Positions 37,096-47,452 of a stretch of 64,000 bases of DNA are shown here, piece by piece. How positions within the stretch are numbered: position 1 is the stretch's first letter; each line of letters starts with the position of its first letter. Location of the stretch: positions 41,378 to 105,377 of the forward strand of contig DMTS01000056.1 of NCBI GenBank assembly GCA_003477045.1. The letters run 5' to 3'. The notes under the pieces are model-generated. The model searched no databases. It saw only the letters and a list, made by a program, of their open reading frames with translations, and was not told the DNA's origin. The stretch comes from Candidatus Delongbacteria bacterium. GTDB taxonomy: Bacteria; UBA4055. Position numbers and translations under genes: made by a program.

Positions 37096-38082
37096 ATGTT
37101 TGTAGATTATGTAAATATAACAGTCAGTTCAGGTGACGGCGGTCACGGCAAAGTGGCTTTTCGAAGAGAAAAGTTTATTCCGAAAGGAACTCCCAACGGC
37201 GGGGACGGCGGAAGGGGCGGGGACATTATTTTTGTTGGCGACAGAAATATGAACACGCTTCTTGATTTCACTCTTAACAGAAAGTTCATAGCGGAAAACG
37301 GTCAGAACGGTGGTATGAACGATATGAGCGGTAGAAATGGAAGATCGGTAATCATCAAAGTGCCCTTGGGAACCGTTATATCCGATAAAATAACAAACGA
37401 AATTTACCTTGACATCGCAGACGATAAGAAGGAATACAAACTGCTTGAAGGCGGAAAAGGCGGATGGGGGAATGCGCATTTTAAAACTTCGACGCGGCAG
37501 GCTCCCATGTATGCACAACCGGGTATTGCGGGAATTGAAAGACAGCTCAATCTGGAATTGAAAGTAATAGCCGATGTTGGACTTGTCGGATATCCGAATG
37601 CGGGAAAATCCACTCTTCTGTCCGTCATGTCTAATGCCAGACCGAAGATTGCGGACTATCCGTTTACCACTTTATTTCCGAATCTTGGGATTGTTAAGTA
37701 CGGAAATTACAGGAGTTTTGTAATGGCTGACATTCCGGGGCTGATCAAAGGGGCCAGTGAGGGTAAGGGCCTGGGTTTAAGGTTCTTAAGGCATATTGAA
37801 AGAACTAAAATATTGATATATCTGATAAACTCAAATTCAGAAGATTACAAGAAGGACTTTAAAGTTCTGCAAAATGAACTTTTTACTTATAGCGATGCTA
37901 TGAGAGAAAAGCCTTTTATAAAAATTCTTTCCAAAAAGGATCTTCTCGAAAAGAAATACAGAGGCAAATTTTTTGACCATGAGATATCTTCCTTCACGCT
38001 TGAAGGTCTCGAAGAGCTTAAACTTTTAATAGCTGAAAAACTCAAAGAAATAGAAAAACCTCTTGAAATCTGGGAAAAATAA
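37096..38082 (+). CDS. obg: GTPase Obg
   Basis: The Obg fold is FVDYVNITVSSGDGGHGKVAFRREKFIPKGTPNGGDGGRGGDIIF. The G domain has GYPNAGKSTLLS (G1), DIPGLI (G3) and SKKD (G4). Confidence 0.95.
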   Translation: MFVDYVNITVSSGDGGHGKVAFRREKFIPKGTPNGGDGGRGGDIIFVGDRNMNTLLDFTLNRKFIAENGQNGGMNDMSGRNGRSVIIKVPLGTVISDKITNEIYLDIADDKKEYKLLEGGKGGWGNAHFKTSTRQAPMYAQPGIAGIERQLNLELKVIADVGLVGYPNAGKSTLLSVMSNARPKIADYPFTTLFPNLGIVKYGNYRSFVMADIPGLIKGASEGKGLGLRFLRHIERTKILIYLINSNSEDYKKDFKVLQNELFTYSDAMREKPFIKILSKKDLLEKKYRGKFFDHEISSFTLEGLEELKLLIAEKLKEIEKPLEIWEK

Positions 38083-38172
38083 AAGCTTAAAAATATAAAA
38101 AAAATAGTTGAGGGTCACTAGATGACACTCAGCGTTGTTTATTTTCTCCTTAAAATAAAAGGAGGATAACAG

Positions 38173-39297
38173 GTGTACGAAAATTTTAAAGAATTATTAA
38201 GGCTGGAAAGGATAAAACATGTAACTTCGTTTTCAAAAATTAAATTGCTGGAAAAATACTATACTGCCGAATTGAGCCGTCAGATAAGCGATGAAGAATT
38301 GTGCATTATGGGGGTATCGCGAAACGGGATAGCAAATTTACGGTCAGCTGTATTTTCAGACGATATTTTTAACATTCAGGTTGAAAAGCTGATTTCTTTT
38401 GACAACAAAGTAAAACTGATAACGGTTCTGGATAAAGATTACCCTTCAAATCTGAAAAACATTTATGATCCTCCCCCGTATCTGTTTTACGAAGGAACAT
38501 TATCTGCATCTGACGATGTATCTATAGCTGTTGTCGGATCAAGATCGCTATCGAGATCAGGTATTTACACTGTAAAAAAGCTTTCCAGAGAGCTAGCCCT
38601 TACAGGATTTGTGATAGTAAGCGGGCTTGCAATGGGAGCAGATACTGTAGCTCACATGGGGGCTCTTGAAGTTAATAAAAGAACTGTTTCAGTGCTTGGT
38701 TCAGGTATAGATCAGGATGTAAGTGTCAGCAGCCGTTCAACCAGAAGAAAAATAATCGAAGGCGGAGGGGCGGTTTATTCACCGTTTTTAATAGGAACTG
38801 AACCCGCAAAATATACATTTCCTGCCAGAAACAGAATTATCAGCGGTATAAGTCTGGGTGTTGTTATAGGAGAAGCCAAAAGCGATTCAGGGTCTCTAAT
38901 CACGGCTAATTTTGCTCTTGAACAGGGCAAAGAAGTATTTGCTGTGCCGAATGAGATATTTAACCCCAAATATGAAGGCGGTAATAACCTGATCAAAACA
39001 GGGCAGGCAAAGCTGATCACCTGCGCGGAAGATGTGACCGATGAGTTTCCGGACAGGATAAGAAATCTTTTATCTGTTGAATTTAAGAGAATTGATGAAG
39101 CACAAAAATTTTCTTTTTCTGATGAAACTGAAGAGAAAATTTATAACCTTCTTATGGAGAAAAAAATGAACATTGACGAAATAAGCGAAGAAACCGGTGT
39201 TGATACAGGGACTCTTATGGGAAAGCTGTTTCTTCTAGAAATGAATAAAATGATAAATAGAGAACCGAATAATTATTTCTCGATTTCAAGGAAATAA
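38173..39297 (+). CDS. dprA: DNA-processing protein DprA (Smf)
   Basis: GTG start follows a strong SD AAGGAGG. The Rossmann-like DprA core is IAVVGSRSLSRSG...VIVSGLAMGADTVAHMGAL...SPFLIGTEP...RNRIISG. Confidence 0.9.
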   Translation: MYENFKELLRLERIKHVTSFSKIKLLEKYYTAELSRQISDEELCIMGVSRNGIANLRSAVFSDDIFNIQVEKLISFDNKVKLITVLDKDYPSNLKNIYDPPPYLFYEGTLSASDDVSIAVVGSRSLSRSGIYTVKKLSRELALTGFVIVSGLAMGADTVAHMGALEVNKRTVSVLGSGIDQDVSVSSRSTRRKIIEGGGAVYSPFLIGTEPAKYTFPARNRIISGISLGVVIGEAKSDSGSLITANFALEQGKEVFAVPNEIFNPKYEGGNNLIKTGQAKLITCAEDVTDEFPDRIRNLLSVEFKRIDEAQKFSFSDETEEKIYNLLMEKKMNIDEISEETGVDTGTLMGKLFLLEMNKMINREPNNYFSISRK

Positions 39298-39372
39298 TCG
39301 TTACTGATTAGACTTGATTTTAACAGGTTATATATATAACTTTATCCTGAATGTAAATTTCGGGAGGCGGTA

Positions 39373-40047
39373 CTGAAAAAAGCGGTTGTTCTTCTATCGG
39401 GAGGTCTTGATTCGACGACCTGTTTGGCAATAGCTAAAAATCAAGGATTTGAGATACATGCGCTTTCTTTCGATTACGGGCAGAAACATGCATGCGAGCT
39501 AAAGTATGCAAGATTCAATGCCAGAAAATTCAAGGCAGAAGAACACAGGATCGTTAAGCTTGACAGAAAATTTTTCTTAAATTCAGCTCTGACCGATAAA
39601 AATATCGAAGTCAAAAAAGGCAGCTATTCCGAAAAAGAAATACCTCTTACTTATGTGCCGGCAAGAAATACCGTTTTTCTGAGTTATGCCCTTGCTTATG
39701 TGGAGACTATAAAAGCAGAACATATTTTCATCGGGGTAAACAGCATTGATTATTCAGGATATCCCGACTGCAGGCCGGAGTTTATTTCCGCATACGAAAA
39801 AATGGCTAATCTTGCGCTGAAAGAAGTTGTTGAAAAAAAAATGAAAATCATAATTGAAACGCCTCTGATGTTTCTCACAAAATCAGAAATAATCATTATC
39901 GGAAAAAAACTCGGAATAGATTATTCAAAGACGATATCATGTTATGACCCTGTTGACGGAAAAGCTTGCGGGCATTGCGACAGCTGTCTTTTAAGAAAAA
40001 GGGGTTTTGAAGGTTCGGGATATAAAGACGAGACAGTTTATGTTTAA
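39373..40047 (+). CDS. queC: 7-cyano-7-deazaguanine synthase
   Basis: (L)KKAVVLLSGGLDSTTCL is the PP-loop. YVPARNTVFLSYALAYVE and the zinc site CYDPVDGKACGHCDSC are present. The frame opens at 39340 with no ATG or GTG; the CTG at 39373 sits 5 nt after a perfect SD GGGAGG, and the track uses TTG at 39424. Confidence 0.85.
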   Translation: MKKAVVLLSGGLDSTTCLAIAKNQGFEIHALSFDYGQKHACELKYARFNARKFKAEEHRIVKLDRKFFLNSALTDKNIEVKKGSYSEKEIPLTYVPARNTVFLSYALAYVETIKAEHIFIGVNSIDYSGYPDCRPEFISAYEKMANLALKEVVEKKMKIIIETPLMFLTKSEIIIIGKKLGIDYSKTISCYDPVDGKACGHCDSCLLRKRGFEGSGYKDETVYV

Positions 40048-40059
40048 GAAAAGAGACAG

Positions 40060-40974
40060 ATGAAAAGATCGGTCGTAGCTTTATTAATAATATTTTTTTT
40101 CGGAGCTTTATCCGCAGAACTCAGATACACAAAGAAAACGGATTTTACAAAGAACTTCACTTCAAAATACAAAGATTATAAAGCTGTCATTCTCGTTGAC
40201 CTTACGAACGGGCAAATCCTTTACGAAAAGAACGCTTATGATAAACTTGAAATAGCATCTCTTACAAAGATGATGTCTATTTTATTGGTCGTTGAAGCTA
40301 TCCGCGATAAGAAATTCAGTCTGAAAGATATTGTAACAGCTTCAAGAGCGGCATCGAAGATGGGCGGCACACAGATATTTTTGAGCGAGAATGAAAAGAT
40401 GTCCGTCGAAGATCTGCTTAAATCCGCTATCATGAAATCAGCAAATGATGCTATGTTCGCACTTGCCGAAAAAGTCAGCGGTCCGGGAAAAGTTGACCTC
40501 TTTGTCGATAGGATGAACAAAAGAGCGAAAGAGCTTAAACTTACTCAGTCAGAATTTAATTATATTCACGGACTTCCGCCTTCAAGAAAAGACAGAAAAA
40601 AAGGTATGCAGGGGAATATGTCGTCATGTTATGATCTGGCTGTGCTCGCCGAAGAGCTGATCAAATTTCCTGTCGTCATGAAGTACAGTTCTACATGGAT
40701 GGATACGATCAGGACAGGCAAGAACATGTTCCAGCTCAGGAATACAAGCAAGCTTATTAGAGACTATAAGTATTTTGACGGACTTAAGACCGGATTTTAC
40801 TGGAAGGCCGGTTTCTGCATAGTAGCTACAGCAAAAAAGGACGGCATCAGAATGGTTGCCGTAGTCTTGGGTTCCAAAACATCACGCAGCGGCAGGAATA
40901 AGTATATCAATTCACTTGTTACATGGGGATTTGATGAAGTTTCAAAGCAGAAAATTACTGAAATTAAGAAATAA
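40060..40974 (+). CDS. D-alanyl-D-alanine carboxypeptidase (peptidase S11, PBP5/6 family)
   Basis: The signal peptide is followed by SLTKMM (SxxK), SAN (SxN) and a KTG region. Confidence 0.85.
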   Translation: MKRSVVALLIIFFFGALSAELRYTKKTDFTKNFTSKYKDYKAVILVDLTNGQILYEKNAYDKLEIASLTKMMSILLVVEAIRDKKFSLKDIVTASRAASKMGGTQIFLSENEKMSVEDLLKSAIMKSANDAMFALAEKVSGPGKVDLFVDRMNKRAKELKLTQSEFNYIHGLPPSRKDRKKGMQGNMSSCYDLAVLAEELIKFPVVMKYSSTWMDTIRTGKNMFQLRNTSKLIRDYKYFDGLKTGFYWKAGFCIVATAKKDGIRMVAVVLGSKTSRSGRNKYINSLVTWGFDEVSKQKITEIKK

Positions 40975-41875
40975 CATTTTTAGACTGATAAATTCCCTGC
41001 TTATCCATATACTCAAATAATTTATGCTTAAATTCTTCGTTGATAAACCCCCATTTCGGCGCAATAAGCTGATCTGAATGAGCTCGTGAAATTATCCTTT
41101 GTATTACGATAGACCGGTCAAGATACGATACCGCATTTGAGAATAATTCGATATATTTGTCAGCCGTCAGCGGAGTATATTTACCGTCAGCATACATTCT
41201 TTCAAGCTCAGTTCGCTTAACAACCTGAAGATGATGAATCTTAACATAGTCAGGCTTGATTCGATTTATTTCACGAAATGTATCATAGATCATTTCGTCA
41301 GTCTCGCCGGGCAGTCCGATTATCAGATGTACTCCGATAAGAAAATCTGTGTTTTCACGGATCATTTTAAACGCTTTCATGAAAGAGGCATAAAGATGAC
41401 CGCGGTTTATAGTTTTCAAAGTTTCATCATGCACGGACTGCAATCCGAGTTCAAGCCAGACCTCTTTGTCTTTTGCGACCGTTTTCAGCATATCAAGAAG
41501 TTCGGGATAAATGCTGTCGGGTCTTGTTGAAAGAGCCAGAATTTTTATTTCAGGATAGCTTAGCGCTGTCTCAAATGATTCGCTAAGATAATTGATCTCG
41601 CCGTAAGTTGAAGTATTATCCTGAAAATAAGCTATGAAAGAATCTGTCGGATATTTCCGCTTCACATAAGGAAACCCCTGCTCCATCTGCTCCTTTACCG
41701 TCACCGCCCCTTTGATCGTCTGAGGGATGAACGAATCCTTATTACAGAAAATGCATGGCGGGTCATTCGGGCAGGGCGTATGCAGAGTCAGCCCGATCTT
41801 CCCAAGTTTTTTGCCGTATTTCACCTTCATGAAAGAAAGTATATCGGAATAGTAATATTTTGAATGTTTTTCCAC
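40964..41875 (-). CDS. radical SAM protein of the TIGR01212 (YhcC-like) family
   Basis: The Cys cluster is CPNDPPCIFCN. The TIM-barrel radical SAM core is LELGLQSVHDETLKTINRGH and the protein is about 300 aa. Confidence 0.65.
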   Translation of the reverse strand: MEKHSKYYYSDILSFMKVKYGKKLGKIGLTLHTPCPNDPPCIFCNKDSFIPQTIKGAVTVKEQMEQGFPYVKRKYPTDSFIAYFQDNTSTYGEINYLSESFETALSYPEIKILALSTRPDSIYPELLDMLKTVAKDKEVWLELGLQSVHDETLKTINRGHLYASFMKAFKMIRENTDFLIGVHLIIGLPGETDEMIYDTFREINRIKPDYVKIHHLQVVKRTELERMYADGKYTPLTADKYIELFSNAVSYLDRSIVIQRIISRAHSDQLIAPKWGFINEEFKHKLFEYMDKQGIYQSKNVIS

Positions 41876-41992
41876 AGGAGGAAATATAAGAAATAAAAAC
41901 AGCTTTTAATTCAAAAACTTTTAATAATTTTCTTGATAATTTCAATATAAAATCATAATATTAATAGTTAAAGTAATATAAGGCGGACCCGC

Positions 41993-43156
41993 ATGTTTTA
42001 CAAACCTAATTACGAAGGCGGCAGCATCGTGAACCTGATGAGCTCTATAACGAAATGTTTCGGGCTGAAATCTGATTACAGCGAACTAATTCTGCTTCCG
42101 AGTGAAGAGCTTAAAGGTTATAAAAATATAATTAACATTGTGATAGACGGACTCGGGTATAATTATCTGATGAGTAGAAGAAAGAATTTTTTAAAAGACC
42201 ATACTGTCGGAAAAATTACTTCAGTCTTTCCTTCCACCACTTCGGCATGTATAACAAGTTTCGCGACAGGATTAGCGCCTAAAGAACATGGGGTGACCGG
42301 ATGGTTCGTCAGGCTGAAGCATGGAAAACACGACATTCCTTCTACAATTCTGCTTTTTAATGACAGAAGAAATGAAGAACCTCTTATCAACAGGGGAATA
42401 AAGCCCGAGGATATTTTTATTGACTACAGGCTGTCTAAGCAGATAAAAGACCTGAAAGTTGTTCTACCCGATTCGATAAAAGATTCGGTTTATACAAGCT
42501 ACCTTCTGGCAGATTCCAATAAGATCGGATACAAAGGCCTTGAGGATTTTTACAGAAAGACAGCTGAAGCGGTCATATCGAACAAAAAGGGAAAAAATTA
42601 CATTTACGGATACCTGCCGGATTTCGATGCTGTCCTGCATAAAACCGGGACTGATTCGAAAGATCTTGCAAAACTTTTCAGTGCTATTTCAAAGCAGACA
42701 GAAAAATTCGTTCAGGAAATTTTTGGAACTAATTCGATAGTGATAATTACAGCTGATCACGGTCTGATCGACGGCGACGAAGATAAGAGATTAAGCATGA
42801 ACGACCTGCCTGAAATAAACAAAATGCTTGAATTTCCGCTTTGCGGAGAACCAAGGGCGGCTTACTGCTATGTGAAAAAAGCTTATAAAAAAGAATTCAG
42901 AAAAATAGTTGAGGAAAAGATCGGCCACGCTGTAAGAGTCTTTTCAAGAGAACAGCTTATAAAGGGAAATTATTACGGTTTGTTCGAACCTAATGCGGAT
43001 CTCGAAAGCAGAACAGGAGATTTTGTCCTTATATGCAAAGAAAATTATGTAATAAAGGATTTCCTTCCGAACGAAAAAGTGAAATATCACACGGCGGATC
43101 ACGGAGGACTGAGCGCAGACGAGTTATTTGTGCCTTTGATTGTCTGTAGAGTATAA
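41993..43156 (+). CDS. alkaline-phosphatase-superfamily nucleotide pyrophosphatase/phosphodiesterase-like protein
   Basis: VIDGLGYNYL...FPSTTSACITSFATGLAPKEHGVTGW matches the type I phosphodiesterase/NPP metal-binding core (D-G...PT-T...TG-x-P-x-HG). Confidence 0.7.
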   Translation: MFYKPNYEGGSIVNLMSSITKCFGLKSDYSELILLPSEELKGYKNIINIVIDGLGYNYLMSRRKNFLKDHTVGKITSVFPSTTSACITSFATGLAPKEHGVTGWFVRLKHGKHDIPSTILLFNDRRNEEPLINRGIKPEDIFIDYRLSKQIKDLKVVLPDSIKDSVYTSYLLADSNKIGYKGLEDFYRKTAEAVISNKKGKNYIYGYLPDFDAVLHKTGTDSKDLAKLFSAISKQTEKFVQEIFGTNSIVIITADHGLIDGDEDKRLSMNDLPEINKMLEFPLCGEPRAAYCYVKKAYKKEFRKIVEEKIGHAVRVFSREQLIKGNYYGLFEPNADLESRTGDFVLICKENYVIKDFLPNEKVKYHTADHGGLSADELFVPLIVCRV

Positions 43157-43172
43157 ATTTACGGAGTAAATT

Positions 43173-44012
43173 ATGAAAATGATCTATGTTCCTCTGATCA
43201 AAAAAGCTTTAAAAGAAGATCTTGGGAAAAATGGCGACATAACAACAGATTCGATCATTCCGGAAAAGCAGAAGGGGAAAGCTGTATTAAAAGCTAAATC
43301 GAATGGTATCCTATGCGGGCTTGAAGTGTTTGAAGATACATTTTTTTATGTGGATAAAGACCTTAAGATAGAAACATTTTTTAAAGACGGTAATAGGCTG
43401 GAAAAGGGAGATGTAGTAGCCGTAATTAAGGGAAGGCTGAATTCGATATTAAAAGCCGAAAGAACTGCTCTTAATTTCATACAGAGAATGTCAGGCATAT
43501 CAACTGCGGCGGATCAGTTCGTGAGTGCTGTGTCAGGCACGAACGCAACAATTCTCGATACCAGAAAGACCTTACCGGGATTCAGGATTCTCGATAAATA
43601 TGCGGTCAAAACCGGAGGGGCAAAAAATCACAGGATGGGACTTTTTGATATGTTTTTGATCAAAGATAATCATATATCTGCGGCGGGAAGCGTGACCAAA
43701 GCTATTGAAAAAGCTTTAAAATTCAAAAAAGATAATAAATTGAAAGCCAAGATCGAAGTAGAGATTAAAAATATTACTGAATTTAAAGAAGCGCTTGCGC
43801 TTGAAGTTGACTGGATCATGCTTGATAATATGAAAACTGATGAGATCAAAAAATGCGTGAGTTTGAATAAAGGAAAAAAGAAGCTTGAAGTATCGGGGAA
43901 TGTCACGTTAGATACAGTCAGGAAACTTGCCGAGACCGGCGTGGATTACATTTCATCAGGATCGCTCACGCACAGCGTAAAAGCGCTGGATCTGAGTCTT
44001 CTGGTAGAATAG
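43173..44012 (+). CDS. nadC: nicotinate-nucleotide pyrophosphorylase (carboxylating)
   Basis: ERTALNFIQRMSGISTA, ILDTRKTLPG and IKDNHI are the QPRTase signature blocks. Confidence 0.9.
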   Translation: MKMIYVPLIKKALKEDLGKNGDITTDSIIPEKQKGKAVLKAKSNGILCGLEVFEDTFFYVDKDLKIETFFKDGNRLEKGDVVAVIKGRLNSILKAERTALNFIQRMSGISTAADQFVSAVSGTNATILDTRKTLPGFRILDKYAVKTGGAKNHRMGLFDMFLIKDNHISAAGSVTKAIEKALKFKKDNKLKAKIEVEIKNITEFKEALALEVDWIMLDNMKTDEIKKCVSLNKGKKKLEVSGNVTLDTVRKLAETGVDYISSGSLTHSVKALDLSLLVE

Positions 44013-44019
44013 GAGAGAA

Positions 44020-45642
44020 GTGTTGAGAATAAAAATATTCATAGCTGCTTTTATGTTCATCCTGCTGATATCATGCGCGACTGATTACAAAAGGGGGCCG
44101 GAAGGTGGGCCGAATGATAAAGTCAGACCCACGATAGAATCTGCCAGTATCCAGAACGGGTCGCTGAACATGGATAAGAATTCTTCGGTTGAAATAAAGT
44201 TTTCAGAGTTCATCGATGTAAATTCAGCGAAGAATTCCGTTGTGATATCTCCAAGGTCAGCTTCGAAAAAAGCAAAAATATACTGGTATGATAAAAGCTG
44301 CGAGATAAAATTCAGAGATATTGGAGAGGATCAGACTGTGGTAATAACTGTAAATCCCTCTTTGAAAGATACACAGGGAAATATGCTTTCCGGCTCATAT
44401 TCGCTTTCTTTTTCTACAGGCAGCAGCTTAGACAGAAAATTCATTTCCGGAAGGTTGAACGGAGCAATTTCAAGAAATAATATTGAGACTGTAAACTACG
44501 CTAAAGTGAAGATTAATCTTTATGCCGCCGGTAATGACACAATAGATGTAACTAAGGACGAACCGGAATACAGCTCAGGATTATCGGAAGTTCTCGGATT
44601 TGAGCTTAAGAATATAGGATCAGGCAGGTATAGACTTTTAGCCTTTAATGATATCAATAATGATCAAAAGCCTCAACCCGGGCTGGAAATGATCGGATTT
44701 TCGCATGATTTAATTGATCTGTCAGAAAGAGACAGCATTGATCTCAAGATTACGCTAGGACTGACTGATACTGAATCCCCTTTCATCAAAAACACTTCGG
44801 TTGCAGGAGAGGACATTTTGAAAATTGAATTATCCGAAGATATAAAAAAATCTGAAAAATACATCGACAGCTGTTTCGTGAATGGTCAGGACGAAATGTT
44901 CGTCGAATATTCTTCACAGGCTGATCGAAAAGCGGTCTACGCTAAAATTAAACCGTTTAAAATAGATGATCTGATAAAAGTGAAACTGTCTTATGTTGAA
45001 GATTATTTCGGGAATTTAATAAAAGAAGGGCTGAGAGTTAAAACACACACCGTATCAGATACAGTTTCTGCTCAGTCGTTTAAGGTCGGCGGTAAATTTC
45101 CGGGTAAGATATCTTCGGATCAGGTATTGACTTTTGCTACGAACAGTTTTGTTAACGATTCTTTAAATTTTAAACTGCTTGAATTAAAGGACAGCCTGTT
45201 AATCGATCTAAATAAGAATATTTCTATTGAGCCATACAAGGTTTCAATAAATCTAAGTGATAACGGTGTCAGATCCGGCAGCTATGAGTTCAGAATAGAA
45301 AAAGCTGATTCTACTGCCTTTGCGGCAAAGATCACCATAGAAGATCCTTTAGGTTCCGGATCGGTCTCAGGCACAATTTCAGGAGTGTCTGTAGAAAATT
45401 GCATTCTTATATGCAAAAACATCAAAGGAACTTCAAAGTCTGTTAACATCAGTAGCATAGATTATAAGATCGACTTAGATCCGGGGAAATACATACTTGC
45501 AATGTTTGCCGACAGGGATTCAAACGGGGTGTTTTCAGTAGATCACCGAAGTTATATTTCTGAAAAAGCGCAATTTTACGCCGATACAGTTAATATAAGA
45601 AAAAATTGGGAAACTTCAGATATCAATTTTGAGTTCAAATAA
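44020..45642 (+). CDS. lipoprotein with Ig-like (SbsA/BIG-type) domains, hypothetical
   Basis: GTG start follows the SD AGGAGAG. ILLISCATD is a lipobox. Repeated beta-sandwich-like segments occur; no catalytic motif was found. Confidence 0.4.
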   Translation: MLRIKIFIAAFMFILLISCATDYKRGPEGGPNDKVRPTIESASIQNGSLNMDKNSSVEIKFSEFIDVNSAKNSVVISPRSASKKAKIYWYDKSCEIKFRDIGEDQTVVITVNPSLKDTQGNMLSGSYSLSFSTGSSLDRKFISGRLNGAISRNNIETVNYAKVKINLYAAGNDTIDVTKDEPEYSSGLSEVLGFELKNIGSGRYRLLAFNDINNDQKPQPGLEMIGFSHDLIDLSERDSIDLKITLGLTDTESPFIKNTSVAGEDILKIELSEDIKKSEKYIDSCFVNGQDEMFVEYSSQADRKAVYAKIKPFKIDDLIKVKLSYVEDYFGNLIKEGLRVKTHTVSDTVSAQSFKVGGKFPGKISSDQVLTFATNSFVNDSLNFKLLELKDSLLIDLNKNISIEPYKVSINLSDNGVRSGSYEFRIEKADSTAFAAKITIEDPLGSGSVSGTISGVSVENCILICKNIKGTSKSVNISSIDYKIDLDPGKYILAMFADRDSNGVFSVDHRSYISEKAQFYADTVNIRKNWETSDINFEFK

Positions 45643-45666
45643 AATTACAATACAGGAGGGAACATT

Positions 45667-46737
45667 ATGTACGCATTGATAATGGCCGGAGGGGTCGGTG
45701 CAAGATTCTGGCCCAAGAGCAGGCTGAAAACCCCGAAGCATTTATTGACGATCGTTAACGACAAAACTATGCTTGAGAATACGATTATCAGGCTTGACCA
45801 GCTTATGGGAAGAAAGGACATTTTTATTATCACTAACAGAGAACAGAAGAACAATGTTATAGAAAATATAAAAGATTTTAGAGAAGAAAACATAATTTCT
45901 GAACCTTTCGGAAAAAATACTGCCGCTGCGATCGGTTATGGTGCAGTTAAGCTTCTTCTTAGAGATCCCGATGCAGTTATGGTGGTTCTTCCTGCAGATC
46001 ACTTTATCAAGAATATAAATAAATTCTGCAGCGTTATCTCAGATGCCGTCGAATACTGTAAAAAGGATCCTGAAGCGCTTATCACGATAGGCATCGAACC
46101 GACCCATCCGGAAACGGGTTACGGGTACATTCAGGTAGGAGGAGAGGTCAAAAAAGGAGTTTATGAAGTAAAATCATTCGCTGAGAAGCCTAATTTTGAT
46201 ACGGCCGTAAGATTTCTTGAAAGCGGAGAATTCTATTGGAACAGCGGCATGTTCATATGGAAAGCTGAAACTATCTTAAAAAACATTCAGAAGTTCCTTC
46301 CAGATCTATACGAGAATCTTATGGATCTAAAAAAAGCTCTTATAAACAACGATTCCGATTTGGTTATCGAAAGGATATACAGCGAAATGCGTTCTATCTC
46401 GATAGATTACGGCGTAATGGAAAGGGCTGAAAATGTAAAAGTCCTGCTTGGAAATTTCGGATGGTCTGATGTCGGCAGCTGGTTCGAGATCTACAGGCTT
46501 AAGGATAAGGATGAAAAAAGCAATGTGGTTGACTGCGATAAATTTATTGCCATAGACACTGAAGGGTGCCTTATATCAACTGAAAACAAGGAAAAACTTA
46601 TTACCTGTATAGGTCTGCACGATCTGGCGGTTATTGACACTCAGGACAGCCTTCTGATAACACCGCTGTCAAGGTCGCAGGATGTTAAAGAGCTTGTTGA
46701 GAAGATCAAAGCCAACAAACTTAACGATGTACTTTAA
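45667..46737 (+). CDS. manC: mannose-1-phosphate guanylyltransferase
   Basis: ALIMAGGVGARFWPKSR...KHLL (GMP NTase loop) and GYGYIQ are present. Confidence 0.85.
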   Translation: MYALIMAGGVGARFWPKSRLKTPKHLLTIVNDKTMLENTIIRLDQLMGRKDIFIITNREQKNNVIENIKDFREENIISEPFGKNTAAAIGYGAVKLLLRDPDAVMVVLPADHFIKNINKFCSVISDAVEYCKKDPEALITIGIEPTHPETGYGYIQVGGEVKKGVYEVKSFAEKPNFDTAVRFLESGEFYWNSGMFIWKAETILKNIQKFLPDLYENLMDLKKALINNDSDLVIERIYSEMRSISIDYGVMERAENVKVLLGNFGWSDVGSWFEIYRLKDKDEKSNVVDCDKFIAIDTEGCLISTENKEKLITCIGLHDLAVIDTQDSLLITPLSRSQDVKELVEKIKANKLNDVL

Positions 46738-46753
46738 AAACCGGAGTTGAATC

Positions 46754-47452
46754 ATGGACGAACTAAAAAAAATCGAATTCCTGAAGTCAATCTCTTTGTG
46801 CGAATCGATGAATGATGCCGAAATTAAGAACATTGCCGAGCACTGCCAGATAAAAAAGTTTACAAAAAAGAATATCGTTTTTATGGAGCAGGATCCGGGT
46901 AATATGTTCTACATAATCTATAGCGGAAAGATCAAGATCACTAAGCTGAATAATGACGGAAATGAAGTTATATTGTCAATACTCGGAACAGGTGACTTTT
47001 TCGGGGAGATGTCGCTTCTGGACCATAACAAACGAAACGCAAACGCGATAGCTCTGGAGGATATAGAGTTCTTCACGATTGCAAGGAATGAATTTCTTGA
47101 TGTCCTTCATAATAATACCGCATTTACTTTTAATCTCTTAAAAACATTCGCTATAAGGTTAAGATCTGCCGACATAAGAGTAAAAAGTTTTTTCCTTGAT
47201 GACGCGCAACAAAAAGTTCTGATGATGCTGTATGACCTTTGCGAAAAGATGGGTGTGCAAAAAGGAAACGGTATGCTGCTTGAAGAAATGCCGAATCAGA
47301 CCGATCTGGCTAACCTTACAGGAATATCTAGAGAGACACTTTCCAGGATCATAAAAAAATTCGAGATGAATGATATAATCAAAAGGGAAGGCAAAGATAT
47401 ATTAATACCGGATTACAAGGATTTCATTGAAAGATTTATCAATGAAGAATAA
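46754..47452 (+). CDS. Crp/Fnr-family transcriptional regulator
   Basis: The cNMP-binding beta-roll is GDFFGEMSLL. The C-terminal HTH is DLANLTGISRETLSRIIKKFE. Confidence 0.85.
   Translation: MDELKKIEFLKSISLCESMNDAEIKNIAEHCQIKKFTKKNIVFMEQDPGNMFYIIYSGKIKITKLNNDGNEVILSILGTGDFFGEMSLLDHNKRNANAIALEDIEFFTIARNEFLDVLHNNTAFTFNLLKTFAIRLRSADIRVKSFFLDDAQQKVLMMLYDLCEKMGVQKGNGMLLEEMPNQTDLANLTGISRETLSRIIKKFEMNDIIKREGKDILIPDYKDFIERFINEE

Noticed and set aside
37129-37518. 129-aa minus-strand ORF antisense to obg
   Set aside because: It is a shadow of the Gly-rich Obg fold region (GGDGGRGGD), and obg itself is unambiguous.
38100-38140. Imperfect hairpin tgagggtca-ctaga-tgacactca after obg as a terminator
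   Set aside because: The stem has a G-A mismatch in a 9-bp stem and only a modest T-run. It is plausible but not convincing enough to list as a feature.
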